Assembly: GCA_017520845.1 (NCBI GenBank)
Contig: JAFXEU010000052.1
Coordinates: 93,968 to 157,967, forward strand
Reading direction: 5' to 3'
Length of the DNA: 64,000 nucleotides
From: Kiritimatiellia bacterium
GTDB lineage: Bacteria > Verrucomicrobiota > Kiritimatiellia > RFP12 > UBA1067
Both the position numbers and the translations under genes were made by a program. Below, in pieces: positions 19,369 through 29,104 of this stretch. Every line of letters starts with the position of its first letter. Within the stretch, counting starts at the first letter, position 1. Under the pieces are notes generated by a model. The model had not been told where the DNA came from. It did not search any database and saw only the letters and a list, made by a program, of their open reading frames with translations.

Positions 19369-19494
19369 TTTAGCGTCCTTTTTTTATTTGTGAATAAACG
19401 AAAGCGCACTATAGAGAAAATCTCCATAGTGACCTATCGTTCGAGATTTTAGTGGAATTATCGCGCCAAAACTGACGCGTAGTAAGTTTCTTAG

Positions 19495-19523
19495 ATGATT
19501 GGGGGGGGGGGGGGGGGGTACAA
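19495..19523 (-). promoter_or_regulatory. Promoter candidate whose -35/-10 spacer is a poly-C tract (G18 on + strand, 19501-19518)
   Basis: Minus strand TTGTAC-C17-AATCAT, about 130 bp upstream of ATG 19368. Confidence 0.55.
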
Positions 19524-19819
19524 GAACCGCATCCGCAGTCGTTAAACGCGGTTAAAACGCTATTCCCATTTATATTTATATATCCCATCCTCATTATTTG
19601 ATTTGCAGTATACGATTTTCCCTAAAACATTGCAAGCAAGAATTTTATAGCGATTTTCCCCCGCAGGCCCCTCGCCCTTCTAGCACCTCTAGCCAATATA
19701 GCACATCTAACGACTATTGACTATTCCCTAACCACACTCTTCGACAGAACGTACTCACTCTTCTCCAGTGTTGCTTTTTCTTCTCCCTTTTTGTACCGCT
19801 GCGGAACGGCCAACTCCCC

Positions 19820-19860
19820 AAAGCAAAAGCCCGCGACCTTTCGGCCACGGGCTTCGCTTT
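19820..19860 (-). terminator. Rho-independent terminator
   Basis: Minus strand GCCCGTGGCC-GAAA-GGTCGCGGGC-TTTT, 20 bp after the 19881 stop. Confidence 0.8.
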
Positions 19861-19880
19861 GCTGAATCAAAGTTTAGAAC

Positions 19881-21713
19881 TTATTCCTGCACTGCAGAAC
19901 CGGCGTCTGAACCAGTCGAACCGGCAGGCTTGATAACCAACTTAAAGGTTACAGCCTCGTTCTCCCCAGCTACGCCAGGAGTAAGATCGACAGTCTCCTT
20001 ATTAACTGTATAGTTACTCGTAACCGTCGCGGTAGCTTCTCCGACCTTCGCCTCATAATCGGTCGCTTCTGCAGTTTCAGTCTCCATGAGAGGATTCGTC
20101 GCCTTGAAGCTGATATCCATGACACCATCCTCATCGAAGAACTTAGCATCACCAGCAAGGATAAACATCTCAACAGCTTCATTAAGCATTGCAACCGCAG
20201 GAGCACCCGTAAGCGTTTCCCCGTTAACCTTCACGGTCAGACCACCTGTAGGATAGCTATTCTCCGGGAACGCCGCATCAATTGCCGCCTTAGCATTATC
20301 ACTATACTCCGGAGTCTCAACACCACCAACGCTCGGATATGTAACCTCTTCTTCAATAGCCTTCGTTGTTACAGTAATCGTAACAGCCTCAGCAGGCATT
20401 GTGAAGGAGTATCCATTGCCACTAGGCGTAAGATCAGGACGAGTACTTGCGCCGGCAACTACAACACTCTCGATCGTATATCCAGTAGCAGCCACAACTG
20501 TAAATGTAACAACATTACCTTCGGCATATTCGGCTGAAAGGCCACCAACAGTTGCTTGAGCATTCGGAGTTACCGAGACAGCGTATGTTGTTATAGGATC
20601 TTCAGTACCACCATCGGCAACTACCTCAAAAGTAATTGTATCCGTGCCATCTTTCTTAAATGTCGCGGCATCATACGAGATATACCACGCATAATTTCCG
20701 TTATCTTCCTCGTCCGCTTTCTTTGTACCACCAACAAGTTTAGCTCCATCAGAAATCCACAATTTAGCGGTAAAATCTGTCGTTGTTTCTGGCAGAGTAA
20801 GCGTACCACTCAAAGCAAGTTCATTATATTCTCCAGAATCAAGCTTATATTGCGCACTAATGACAGCGCCCTCAACATCAGCTTCTTGTGACAAAGAGAT
20901 TGTAACCTCATACGAAGCGCCTGCAAACGGATCCGTCGTCGTAAAGACGATATCATCAACCGCACCCTTACCATCAAAGGCAACACCCTGAAGCTTCGTG
21001 CCATTTTTGGTGTTTTGTGCATCGATTAAAGAATCAAATGCGTCAACCTCTTCAACCACAACAGGAGTACCATCAACCCAAACATTAAACTTATCAAAGT
21101 CATTCTCCACAAACGACTTAATCGTCAAACGATGCCACGAGTCAGGCTCAATTACCTTATCAGTAAGGTAATGCTTTGTTTTTAGAGACCCGTCAACCCA
21201 CTCGCCTGCCGTAATAACGAGATTCGTCTTTGCTTCTGTTTCCTCGAAAACACCATCAGCAAGTGAATCGGGAGACACATAAAGCCAAACGGCAAGTTTA
21301 TCCGTCGTATTATTCTCCATGCTCGGTGCAACATCCGTAGCCGTAAACTGAACTACAGAATCGAAGAAAATCGGAGCATCGGAAAGAGACTGCGGATCCT
21401 TAGAAGAGTCGGCATAGCGAAGGAGCGGCGCACTCGTATCAATAGCGAGAGCTTTAACAGAATCGCTACTTTCGGGATAAGTGCCAGATCCTACATAATT
21501 TGCAATATTTGTTACCGTAAACAGATTCTCTAACGTCGGCTCTGTATACCATCCATCCAAAACTCTATATTTCTCGACACCGTCTTCTTCGTCAGTGTAC
21601 GTTCCAAATAATGAACCTTCACTGTATGACTCAAACGTTTCTGCTGTTAAGTCAGCCTTCGCACAAAGACCAACCGACACTGCCGCCATTGTTGTTATAA
21701 GTAATTTTTTCAT
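19881..21713 (-). CDS. Acidic secreted/surface protein with ConA-like and InlB B-repeat-like segments
   Basis: Signal peptide MKKLLITTMAAVSVGLCAKA; WHRLTI...FNVWVDG; EYAEGNVVTFTVVAATGYTIESV...YSFTMPAEAVTITVT; strong AAGGAG RBS. Confidence 0.8.
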   Translation of the reverse strand: MKKLLITTMAAVSVGLCAKADLTAETFESYSEGSLFGTYTDEEDGVEKYRVLDGWYTEPTLENLFTVTNIANYVGSGTYPESSDSVKALAIDTSAPLLRYADSSKDPQSLSDAPIFFDSVVQFTATDVAPSMENNTTDKLAVWLYVSPDSLADGVFEETEAKTNLVITAGEWVDGSLKTKHYLTDKVIEPDSWHRLTIKSFVENDFDKFNVWVDGTPVVVEEVDAFDSLIDAQNTKNGTKLQGVAFDGKGAVDDIVFTTTDPFAGASYEVTISLSQEADVEGAVISAQYKLDSGEYNELALSGTLTLPETTTDFTAKLWISDGAKLVGGTKKADEEDNGNYAWYISYDAATFKKDGTDTITFEVVADGGTEDPITTYAVSVTPNAQATVGGLSAEYAEGNVVTFTVVAATGYTIESVVVAGASTRPDLTPSGNGYSFTMPAEAVTITVTTKAIEEEVTYPSVGGVETPEYSDNAKAAIDAAFPENSYPTGGLTVKVNGETLTGAPAVAMLNEAVEMFILAGDAKFFDEDGVMDISFKATNPLMETETAEATDYEAKVGEATATVTSNYTVNKETVDLTPGVAGENEAVTFKLVIKPAGSTGSDAGSAVQE

Positions 21714-21857
21714 AGTTATTTACTCCTTGCTTTGTTTCAGCATTACAAATTTTATCAAAAATCCGCATCCCCCGCAAGGGGGAAATTTTTCCCTGTTAGA
21801 GGATGAGCAAAATGAGACACTTTCTTTTCTTAGAAAATGAGTTGAAACAGCAATTAT

Positions 21858-21880
21858 TCCCCAGGGGGGACAGTCCCCCT
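21858..21880. repeat. REP-like palindrome, left arm of the RAYT-flanking inverted repeat
   Basis: TCCCCAGGGGGGACAGTCCCCCT; 22/23 match to the reverse complement of 23318-23340. Confidence 0.8.
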
Positions 21881-22141
21881 GTGCAGCGCCCAACATCGGC
21901 CACACTCCGCCATCTTCCGCCTCTTGCTACCTCTACCGCCCCCATCACGGCAACGCTCCGCCCTCCGCCCGCGCTCCTCGCGCGGCAGTTCCCTTCGCTT
22001 TTCGCTCTTCTTTTATGTCTCTTTCGCTATCCGCCCTCATCAGGCCGTCGATGCGCTCAATTCAGCTTGCTCTATATCGTCAAGCTGCGCCGGGCCGTCC
22101 GCTCCTTTCCATCCGCGGATCCGGCTTCACTGTCCGTTCGG

Positions 22142-23290
22142 CTACGCCACTATCGGCTCTCGCCAATCGAGCGCCTTGCAACGTTTCGCCGAGCGCGTTT
22201 TATGCATCGGATAATCCGTCGGCAAGCTCATTATCGTCTTCAATGCAAATTCAACAGAACCGATAAATGCGCCTTTGAAAATCTTCAACGTTACCCGTAT
22301 CGCCTGCGATGCACGTATCTGCCTTTTCCAAGGCTTCGTCTTTTCGTCATTCGATTGATGCGGATGCTCGCGATAATACTCAGCTTTTGCAGATTCATCA
22401 TCGTAATAGTCGCATATTGTTTGTAGTTTCTCGGCCGACAGATCATCAGGTAATTTATCTGCGAATATCGCTTCTATTTTGGCTTTCGCTTCTGGCCATT
22501 TTAGACCAAGCATTTTCTCATACATCTTGCGGCATTGCCTGGCGGCGTCCCCCTCGCCCATAGCGGTTGCGAAACTGTTCCATCGCCATGCCGACGGAGT
22601 TGATGTTAATTTTGCCTTAACCGGATTATAGTCAATATATGCCGCGACAATCGACAAAACTTGAGAAGTATTTTCGACCAGCCCGCTATAGAACCTACCT
22701 TGCCAAAGAGCGCCTTTATGACCGTAATCCTCGTTGAACATTTTAGTTACACGTTCTTTGAACGTTTTCATAAACTGTGAAATATTGTACATCCGACGGA
22801 AGTAGCGTTCTTTTTCTTCTTCTGCCATGTAGCCCGCTCCTGCGGCGCTTGCGGCATTCCAACGGTTCAGCGTCTTCTCTGCGGTTTTGGCATCGTAAAA
22901 AATATGAATACGACGCAAGAGTTCTTCATCGGAAAGCTTAAACCCAAGCGGTGGTCGAGGTAAGGCCTTAATAGGAACGTCATCGTCTTTTGACCAAATG
23001 GGTATACGGCATTCTGCTGGGCGCATACCGAAAGCGTAAGACGGAGGATCAATATCGGGATTGACGCGGTACTGTTTAGGTACGTTCGGGACGTGTACGA
23101 GCATATGGATATGATTATCCATTACGCACCAGGCGTAGAGCTCGACTCCGCTGAACGCGGCGGTTTTATACATTGCGCTAACGACACGCTCTTTAACAGC
23201 GTCGCTCTTTAAGAGCATTGCGCCATGGGCGATGCGCGTTGTAACATGATAGATCCCGTTAGGGACACTGATTCTGTTTTTTCTGGCCAT
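22142..23290 (-). mobile_element. REP-associated tyrosine transposase (RAYT, Y1 HUH family)
   Basis: YHVTTR, AWCVMDNHIHMLV (HUH), GALWQGRF, AYIDYNPVKA (catalytic Tyr), WRWNS motifs; flanked by palindromes. Confidence 0.9.
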
Positions 23291-23317
23291 GCGAGGTATC
23301 CTTTCTTTTTACACCTT

Positions 23318-23449
23318 AGGGGGACTGTCCCCCTTGGGGAGATGGAAAGATTATCGCATTTTTCAGAAAAAGAAGTGTTACATTTGTGTTACATTTTCGT
23401 TACATTTTTGTAACGTTAATGTAACACTTCTGCAAAGGGGACTGTCCCC
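23318..23449. repeat. REPIN-like unit: two GGGGACTGTCCCC palindromes enclosing GTTACATTT repeats
   Basis: Palindromes at 23318-23334 and 23437-23449. Inner inverted repeat AGAAGTGTTACATT / AATGTAACACTTCT and three GTTACATTT at 11-nt period. Confidence 0.8.
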
Positions 23450-23456
23450 CGAAAAA

Positions 23457-24332
23457 TCAAAAACTGTATGAGAAGCCTATTTTTATTATTGGCCAATCAC
23501 ACTTCGCATAATATTCATCTGCCTTTTTAACGGAGTCTCTGGCTTGAGAATTTATGAGATCAAATTGAGAAAAAGACCCAAACACCGTAAAATCAGGGCT
23601 TATCTCATATTTCACCGAAAATCCGAAAGTAATCGATCCGAATGCTCCACCCATTACAAAATCATCTTCCGGCTCTTCATCATATCTGGCTATAAAACGC
23701 CGTTTGTCCAGCCACACGGTTTCGCAAAAAGGAGAAATCGTTAATTTCTCAGTGATTTTAAAGGGCTTGCGCACGCCCAATCTTACTCGAGCCCTGCGAC
23801 TTGGAGAAACGATCCACAACCCGTCCCAATAAGGAATCAAATATTTATTTTTGAGATATTGCGCGACATACGGTCCCCATCCGTCAAGACTGGCGTCCTT
23901 ATAGCCTATCGCAGGATTCCAAAGCAGACCGGCTTTCGTTTCAAGCATAATATCATCAGACATTTTATAATCATACCCGAATCGCACAGCTCCCTCAAAC
24001 TCATGAAAAAGCATACGATGGCTATCGCCCTGCTTATTGTGCAACGAACTTATGAACCACGCATACCCGTCAACAAAATAAGCGTCATCCACCTCGGCTC
24101 GAAAAGAAAAGCAATTCGACAGATTCGGCCTCGTGTCGTAAATTGCACCGCTTGAACCTAAATATCCCGAAAGAAAAGTGGTTTCAAATTCACCGCTGAA
24201 TTTCACTTCGGGTTTTGGGGTCAACCCGACTATATCATCAATGACTGCAAACGAGGAATACGAAACAAAAGAAATCGCCGCTACAGCCGATTTAGCCGCT
24301 GATCCGCACAAAAGGTTTTTTAATCTCTTCAT
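23457..24332 (-). CDS. Outer-membrane beta-barrel protein
   Basis: Signal peptide, alternating aromatic strands, C-terminal IGFSYSF barrel signature. Confidence 0.7.
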   Translation of the reverse strand: MKRLKNLLCGSAAKSAVAAISFVSYSSFAVIDDIVGLTPKPEVKFSGEFETTFLSGYLGSSGAIYDTRPNLSNCFSFRAEVDDAYFVDGYAWFISSLHNKQGDSHRMLFHEFEGAVRFGYDYKMSDDIMLETKAGLLWNPAIGYKDASLDGWGPYVAQYLKNKYLIPYWDGLWIVSPSRRARVRLGVRKPFKITEKLTISPFCETVWLDKRRFIARYDEEPEDDFVMGGAFGSITFGFSVKYEISPDFTVFGSFSQFDLINSQARDSVKKADEYYAKCDWPIIKIGFSYSF

Positions 24333-24362
24333 TTTCGTGACACGTCGAATCTGCCACAGCGG

Positions 24363-25682
24363 CTACTTGCCGACGCAGAAGCGGGAGAAGAGGGAATTTA
24401 AAAGATCGTCGCCGTAATCGGCGCCGACCGCCTCGCCCAGAATCTGGGAAGCGCGTCTTACTTCGTTGCCTAAGAGTACCGCGTCGCACGACTTGAAATC
24501 CGCTGCCGACAAAATGCCGCGCGCGCGGACGAGACTCGAGAGATAACGTTCGCCGTCGCCGCGTTCGACTTCGTCTGCGCTCGCCGCCAGACACTCAAGA
24601 CGCGAAGCGATCTCAAGTTTAAGTTCTTCCACTCCCTCATGAGTGAGCGCCGATACATTGAGACAGTCCCCGCGCTTCAGATCGCACTTGGGCGTGATCT
24701 TTATAACCTTCGACGGATCCAACTCGATACCGCATCCGTCCGCAAAATCGCCGAAGGCGATTACAATGTCCGCTTTCTTCGCGAGCTCTTCGCTGCGGCG
24801 GACGCCCTCGGCCTCAATCTCCCCGAAATTCTCTCCGCCTTTGCGGATACCCGCCGTATCGACAAGCTTAACGGGCCAGCCGCAGATATCCGCCCACGCC
24901 TCGATCGAATCGCGCGTCGTTCCCGCGACATCGGAGACAATAGCCCTCGCCTCCGAAAGAATCGCATTCAACAGAGAACTCTTACCGGCGTTCGGCGGGC
25001 CTAATAAAACGACGAGCGCACCATCACGCAGTATCCTACGCTCCTTAAGCCGCGACGCTTCCGCGTCGATGGCTTTTACGAGTGACAAAGTTTTCGCCTC
25101 AAGCTCCTCAAAAAACGAATCAGCGAGATCACCTTCGTCGACGTCGAGGGAATACTCAAGCTCGCTCGAAACCGCAACCGCCTCGTCATAAAACCGGCGG
25201 ACCGTATGCCTGATGCCGGAAACGGATGATTCGTCCGCGACGAGCTCGCCGAGCGCCGCGTCCGCCGCACGCTCCGTTTTAGCGTCGATGAAATCAAGAA
25301 GCGCCTCCGCCTGTTCGAACGACATCTTGCCGTTCAAAAACGCACGCTCCGTAAATTCGCCGCGACGTGCGAGCCGTGCACCCGCGTGAACCGCCGCGTC
25401 TAAAATGCGCTGCGGCGCGACCGTACCGCCGTGACATTGAAACTCTACAACATCTTCGCCGGTAAACGAATGAGGTGCTTTAAACGAAAGCAGAAGTCCC
25501 TCGTCGAGAATTTTACCGCCCTCGGAAAATCTCGCGAAGACGATACGTCCGACGCGCGGATCCTTTGAAGAAATGGTCGAGGCGATTTCAAATGCGCACG
25601 GCCCCGATACCCTAACAACGGCAACGCCGCCGCGACCCAAAGGGGTAGCGACGGCGGCTATCGTATCTTCGCGCAAAGTCAT
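24363..25682 (-). CDS. mnmE: tRNA modification GTPase MnmE
   Basis: DTIAAVATPLGRGGVAVVRVSG, SFTGEDVVEFQCHGG, GPPNAGKSSL, GTTRD, DTAG, C-terminal FSRFCVGK. Confidence 0.97.
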   Translation of the reverse strand: MTLREDTIAAVATPLGRGGVAVVRVSGPCAFEIASTISSKDPRVGRIVFARFSEGGKILDEGLLLSFKAPHSFTGEDVVEFQCHGGTVAPQRILDAAVHAGARLARRGEFTERAFLNGKMSFEQAEALLDFIDAKTERAADAALGELVADESSVSGIRHTVRRFYDEAVAVSSELEYSLDVDEGDLADSFFEELEAKTLSLVKAIDAEASRLKERRILRDGALVVLLGPPNAGKSSLLNAILSEARAIVSDVAGTTRDSIEAWADICGWPVKLVDTAGIRKGGENFGEIEAEGVRRSEELAKKADIVIAFGDFADGCGIELDPSKVIKITPKCDLKRGDCLNVSALTHEGVEELKLEIASRLECLAASADEVERGDGERYLSSLVRARGILSAADFKSCDAVLLGNEVRRASQILGEAVGADYGDDLLNSLFSRFCVGK

Positions 25683-27988
25683 TACTTTTTACGGCGGAAG
25701 AACCTGCGCATTTCGTCGGCCGTCTGACAGGCGGCGAGACGCTCGGAACCGTTGTCGGCGCGAAGGGCGCGCGAGATGTAGCTCATAAGCTGCAGGTAAG
25801 GCGTCTGGGACTGATCGTTGGCGAGCGTAAGAACTATAATCTTAACCTGGCTCTTGTCTATCGTTTCGTAATCGGAAAGCATTCCGCCGTCTGAACCGGA
25901 ATAATCGACGAGCGCCACGGCGCCGGCAATGCTTACGACATTTTTATCACGGCCGTGCGGAACGGCGATGCCGCGGTCAAGACCGGTAGGCATCGACGCC
26001 TCCCTGCGAAGAACGGCCTCAACCGCCGTTTCGACGTTCTTGACGTGATTGGGGCAGGCCTTCGCGACCTCTTCAACCATCTTGCGGATCGCCTCTTCCT
26101 TTGTCGCGGCCTTGAACTTGGGGAGCATTACGAATCCCTGGAGATAACGGCCTACCGCTTCGGGACCGCGGGCGACTTTTTCGGGAGCCGAAATCATCTT
26201 CTCCATATCCTCGCGGCGGATCGGCTTGGCGATCGAACGGGCGAGATCGTTGATCTGGCTGACGACTTCCATCCAAACGGTCATTACGATCGCCTCTTCG
26301 GCAGGAGTGCATTCAAAGCGGATTTTGTTCTCGTCGCGGCGGACCGAAATCTCGATCGCGTCTATCGCGACGTCCCAGATGTGATCGGCCTGGGAAAGAC
26401 ATGTTACGAAAAATCCCTCGTTGCGGAATTCATAAAGAAGTTTACCCATCATGATTTCGGCGACGCCGACGTCGGCAAGTTCAAACTCGACCGCGCGCGA
26501 GCCGTCGGTCGAGGGCTTCGGATTTCTTACGCCTTTCTTCTTGGGCTTGAAAAGAGCGACAAGTCCGGGCGGCGCGACCATCGTCGTAACGAGAGTCATC
26601 ATGATGCCGATACCGAAAATCTCCTGGGTTAGATAACCGGAGGAGAGACCCAAGCCCGCAATGATGAGCGCTACTTCTCCGCGCGGCACCATTCCCGCGC
26701 CGATTCGCAGAGACCCGAGCACATTAAAGCCGCAGCAGAGAGACGGAATCATGCAGCCGACAACTTTCGCCAAAACGGCAAGGGCCGTATAAATCGCCCC
26801 AAAGATAAGAACGCTCTTCGAACAGAGAGCCGAAACGTCGACCATCATACCCATCACACAGAAGAAGATCGGCACGAGGAACGTGTAAACGGGAGTGAGC
26901 GTCTCCTGTACCATGTGCTTGATGTCGGTACGCGAAAGGGCGAGACCCATGACATACGCGCCGATGATCATCGCTAAACCCATGCATTCGAAGAAGCCCG
27001 CGAGAATAAGCGACAGGCCGAACGCCATCGTCGCGATAACCGTCGGCGAGCGGAATGTCGTCTTTAAGAATTTCGCGATATGACGCGCCGCGAGAATACC
27101 GATGATCGTGGCGCCGAGCCAGACGCCGAAAGATTTAAGCGCGACGAATCCGATATGACCCCAATCGATTGATGAGCTTCCGCTCGCGCCGGACGCGAGA
27201 TTCGCGGCGATAATTCCGTTGCCGATGGCAAGAACGACGAGACCTAAAACGTCGTCGACGACCGCGCCGGCCATGATGGTCGTACCTTCTTCGGAATCAA
27301 GTTTCTTTCGTTCCGAAAGAATACGCGCCGTAATGCCGACCGATGTCGCCGTAGACATAATACCCATATAAAGAGCCGCGGCGCTTGTCATCGTTATATT
27401 CTCATAGCCGGCGAAGAATTTGGGAAGGAAATACACGGCGCAGAGATCGCCCAGCAGGAACGAACCTACGACGCCGCCGATGCCGACGAGAGTTCCGACG
27501 AACGAATACCTGAGGAACATCTTGAGATTCGTCTCAAGGCCGGAAAGGAAAAGAAGAATGATCGAGGCGAGCGTTGCGATACCGTACAGGGCGGGACTCG
27601 TCGCGTCAAACGGCCCGTGGCCGGCGACCGTCCCAAACATTTCCCTTACTCCGGCGCCAACCGTATTCATCTCTCTGAGCGCCGCGCCGTGAAATAGACC
27701 GTATTTGAAAATCCCTTCGCCGAAACCGATTCCGCCCAAAGCCCACGGGCCGATCACGATGCCTGCGGCAAGTTCACCGAGAATCGACGGCATTTTTAAC
27801 ATTGATGCAATCGACCCGCCGAGGCGCGCCGCAAAAATAATAATGCCGATCTGCAAAACGAGGAACATCATTTCCTCAACTCGCGGAAGTCCAAAATTAG
27901 GATAAGACGGACCGCCCTCTCCCGAAGCGTAAAGAGCACTCGCGGTAAGAGCGCACAATAACACAGCCAATATTCTTTTAATTTTCAT
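25682..27988 (-). CDS. Cation:proton antiporter (CPA2) fused to a PTS EIIA-2 domain
   Basis: Multiple TM helices, ATSVGIT, AVVDDVLG, GMVPRGEVALI; C-terminal REASMPTGLDRGIAVPHG. Confidence 0.9.
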   Translation of the reverse strand: MKIKRILAVLLCALTASALYASGEGGPSYPNFGLPRVEEMMFLVLQIGIIIFAARLGGSIASMLKMPSILGELAAGIVIGPWALGGIGFGEGIFKYGLFHGAALREMNTVGAGVREMFGTVAGHGPFDATSPALYGIATLASIILLFLSGLETNLKMFLRYSFVGTLVGIGGVVGSFLLGDLCAVYFLPKFFAGYENITMTSAAALYMGIMSTATSVGITARILSERKKLDSEEGTTIMAGAVVDDVLGLVVLAIGNGIIAANLASGASGSSSIDWGHIGFVALKSFGVWLGATIIGILAARHIAKFLKTTFRSPTVIATMAFGLSLILAGFFECMGLAMIIGAYVMGLALSRTDIKHMVQETLTPVYTFLVPIFFCVMGMMVDVSALCSKSVLIFGAIYTALAVLAKVVGCMIPSLCCGFNVLGSLRIGAGMVPRGEVALIIAGLGLSSGYLTQEIFGIGIMMTLVTTMVAPPGLVALFKPKKKGVRNPKPSTDGSRAVEFELADVGVAEIMMGKLLYEFRNEGFFVTCLSQADHIWDVAIDAIEISVRRDENKIRFECTPAEEAIVMTVWMEVVSQINDLARSIAKPIRREDMEKMISAPEKVARGPEAVGRYLQGFVMLPKFKAATKEEAIRKMVEEVAKACPNHVKNVETAVEAVLRREASMPTGLDRGIAVPHGRDKNVVSIAGAVALVDYSGSDGGMLSDYETIDKSQVKIIVLTLANDQSQTPYLQLMSYISRALRADNGSERLAACQTADEMRRFFRRKK

Positions 27989-28014
27989 TTTTTATTTCTC
28001 CGTAAATCCTATTG

Positions 28015-29079
28015 TTATTTTTTATGCGGTGCGCAGGAAAAAAGTTCACTTACGATTTTTTCGTAAGATTCGGCATTCTCCTCAAGAGACTCGACCATCT
28101 TGAACTGGTTGCGCGCCCTGATTAAATTGTGATCGGGATAAGCGGTATGGAAATACACATCCCCGTTTATGTAGTCGGTCAGGAATCTTACGCCGACTTC
28201 AAACGTCGAAAGGCGCCCCGCGAAAACGAGATTGTCGATTTCTTCGCGTGTCAAAAACGCCGCACGCTCAATGTATCCGCGCGCAAGCGCCTCGAAATAA
28301 TCTTTCTTCGAAAAAACCTTTGTTAAATCCGCTTCGTCCTCGGCTGCTGCGGCGGTCGATGTTCTTACCATGTCGCCGAAGTCGCTCAGCGCACTACCCG
28401 GCATAACGGTATCGAGATCGATTATCACAGCCGAACCGTCGGGCATTACCAGAACGTTGTTTATTTTGCTGTCGTTGTGGATGACGCGCTCGGGTATAAC
28501 GCCCTCGGCCATAAGTGAAACTATGCGCCCCGCCTCAAGTCGGCGCTTCTCGACAAACTCAAGCTCGCGCGCGACGGAAGATGCGCGGCCGGCGACATCT
28601 TTCCGCACGGCCTCGTCGAGGGCCTTGATGCGATCGGGCGTATCATGGAATTTCGGCAGGACCTCTTCTAAACGCGGCGCAGGAAAATCAGAAAGATCAT
28701 CATGAAATTTAGCGAAAGCCCTGCCGATATCGTAAGCCTGACGAGGAGAGGAGACGACTTCGTTTACAGTACATCCGCCGTAAAATCTGTAAAGACGCCA
28801 CGGCGCATTGTATCCGATGAAATCGATCGTCGTCACACCCTTTGATTTCAGGAACGACGTCACCCTTATGAGAACGCGCTTTAAAAGTTCCTGTGACGGC
28901 GGATCGAAAATCGTCGTGTTGACACGCTGCAGAATATAGCTTTCGCCCGAGCGCGTGTCGACTTTAAACGTGTCGTTAATATGACCCGAACCGTACCGCG
29001 TTATCGCGGTACGGTCGGTTATTTCCATCGACTCTAAAATGGAGTCGATTTCTTCTGCGGTAAAAACTCCTCTTTCCAT
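28015..29079 (-). CDS. APH-family phosphotransferase (N-acetylhexosamine 1-kinase-like)
   Basis: GSGHINDTF, YILQRVN, HNDSKINN, IDLDTVMPG, RFLTDYINGDVYF, HNLIRARNQ. Confidence 0.85.
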   Translation of the reverse strand: MERGVFTAEEIDSILESMEITDRTAITRYGSGHINDTFKVDTRSGESYILQRVNTTIFDPPSQELLKRVLIRVTSFLKSKGVTTIDFIGYNAPWRLYRFYGGCTVNEVVSSPRQAYDIGRAFAKFHDDLSDFPAPRLEEVLPKFHDTPDRIKALDEAVRKDVAGRASSVARELEFVEKRRLEAGRIVSLMAEGVIPERVIHNDSKINNVLVMPDGSAVIIDLDTVMPGSALSDFGDMVRTSTAAAAEDEADLTKVFSKKDYFEALARGYIERAAFLTREEIDNLVFAGRLSTFEVGVRFLTDYINGDVYFHTAYPDHNLIRARNQFKMVESLEENAESYEKIVSELFSCAPHKK

Positions 29080-29104
29080 TTAAAAGGAAAGTCCTCCGCG
29101 GAAA

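Noticed and set aside
21803-22426. 207-aa plus-strand ORF
   Set aside because: Overlaps the REP arm and the RAYT 3' end in antisense; low-complexity translation.
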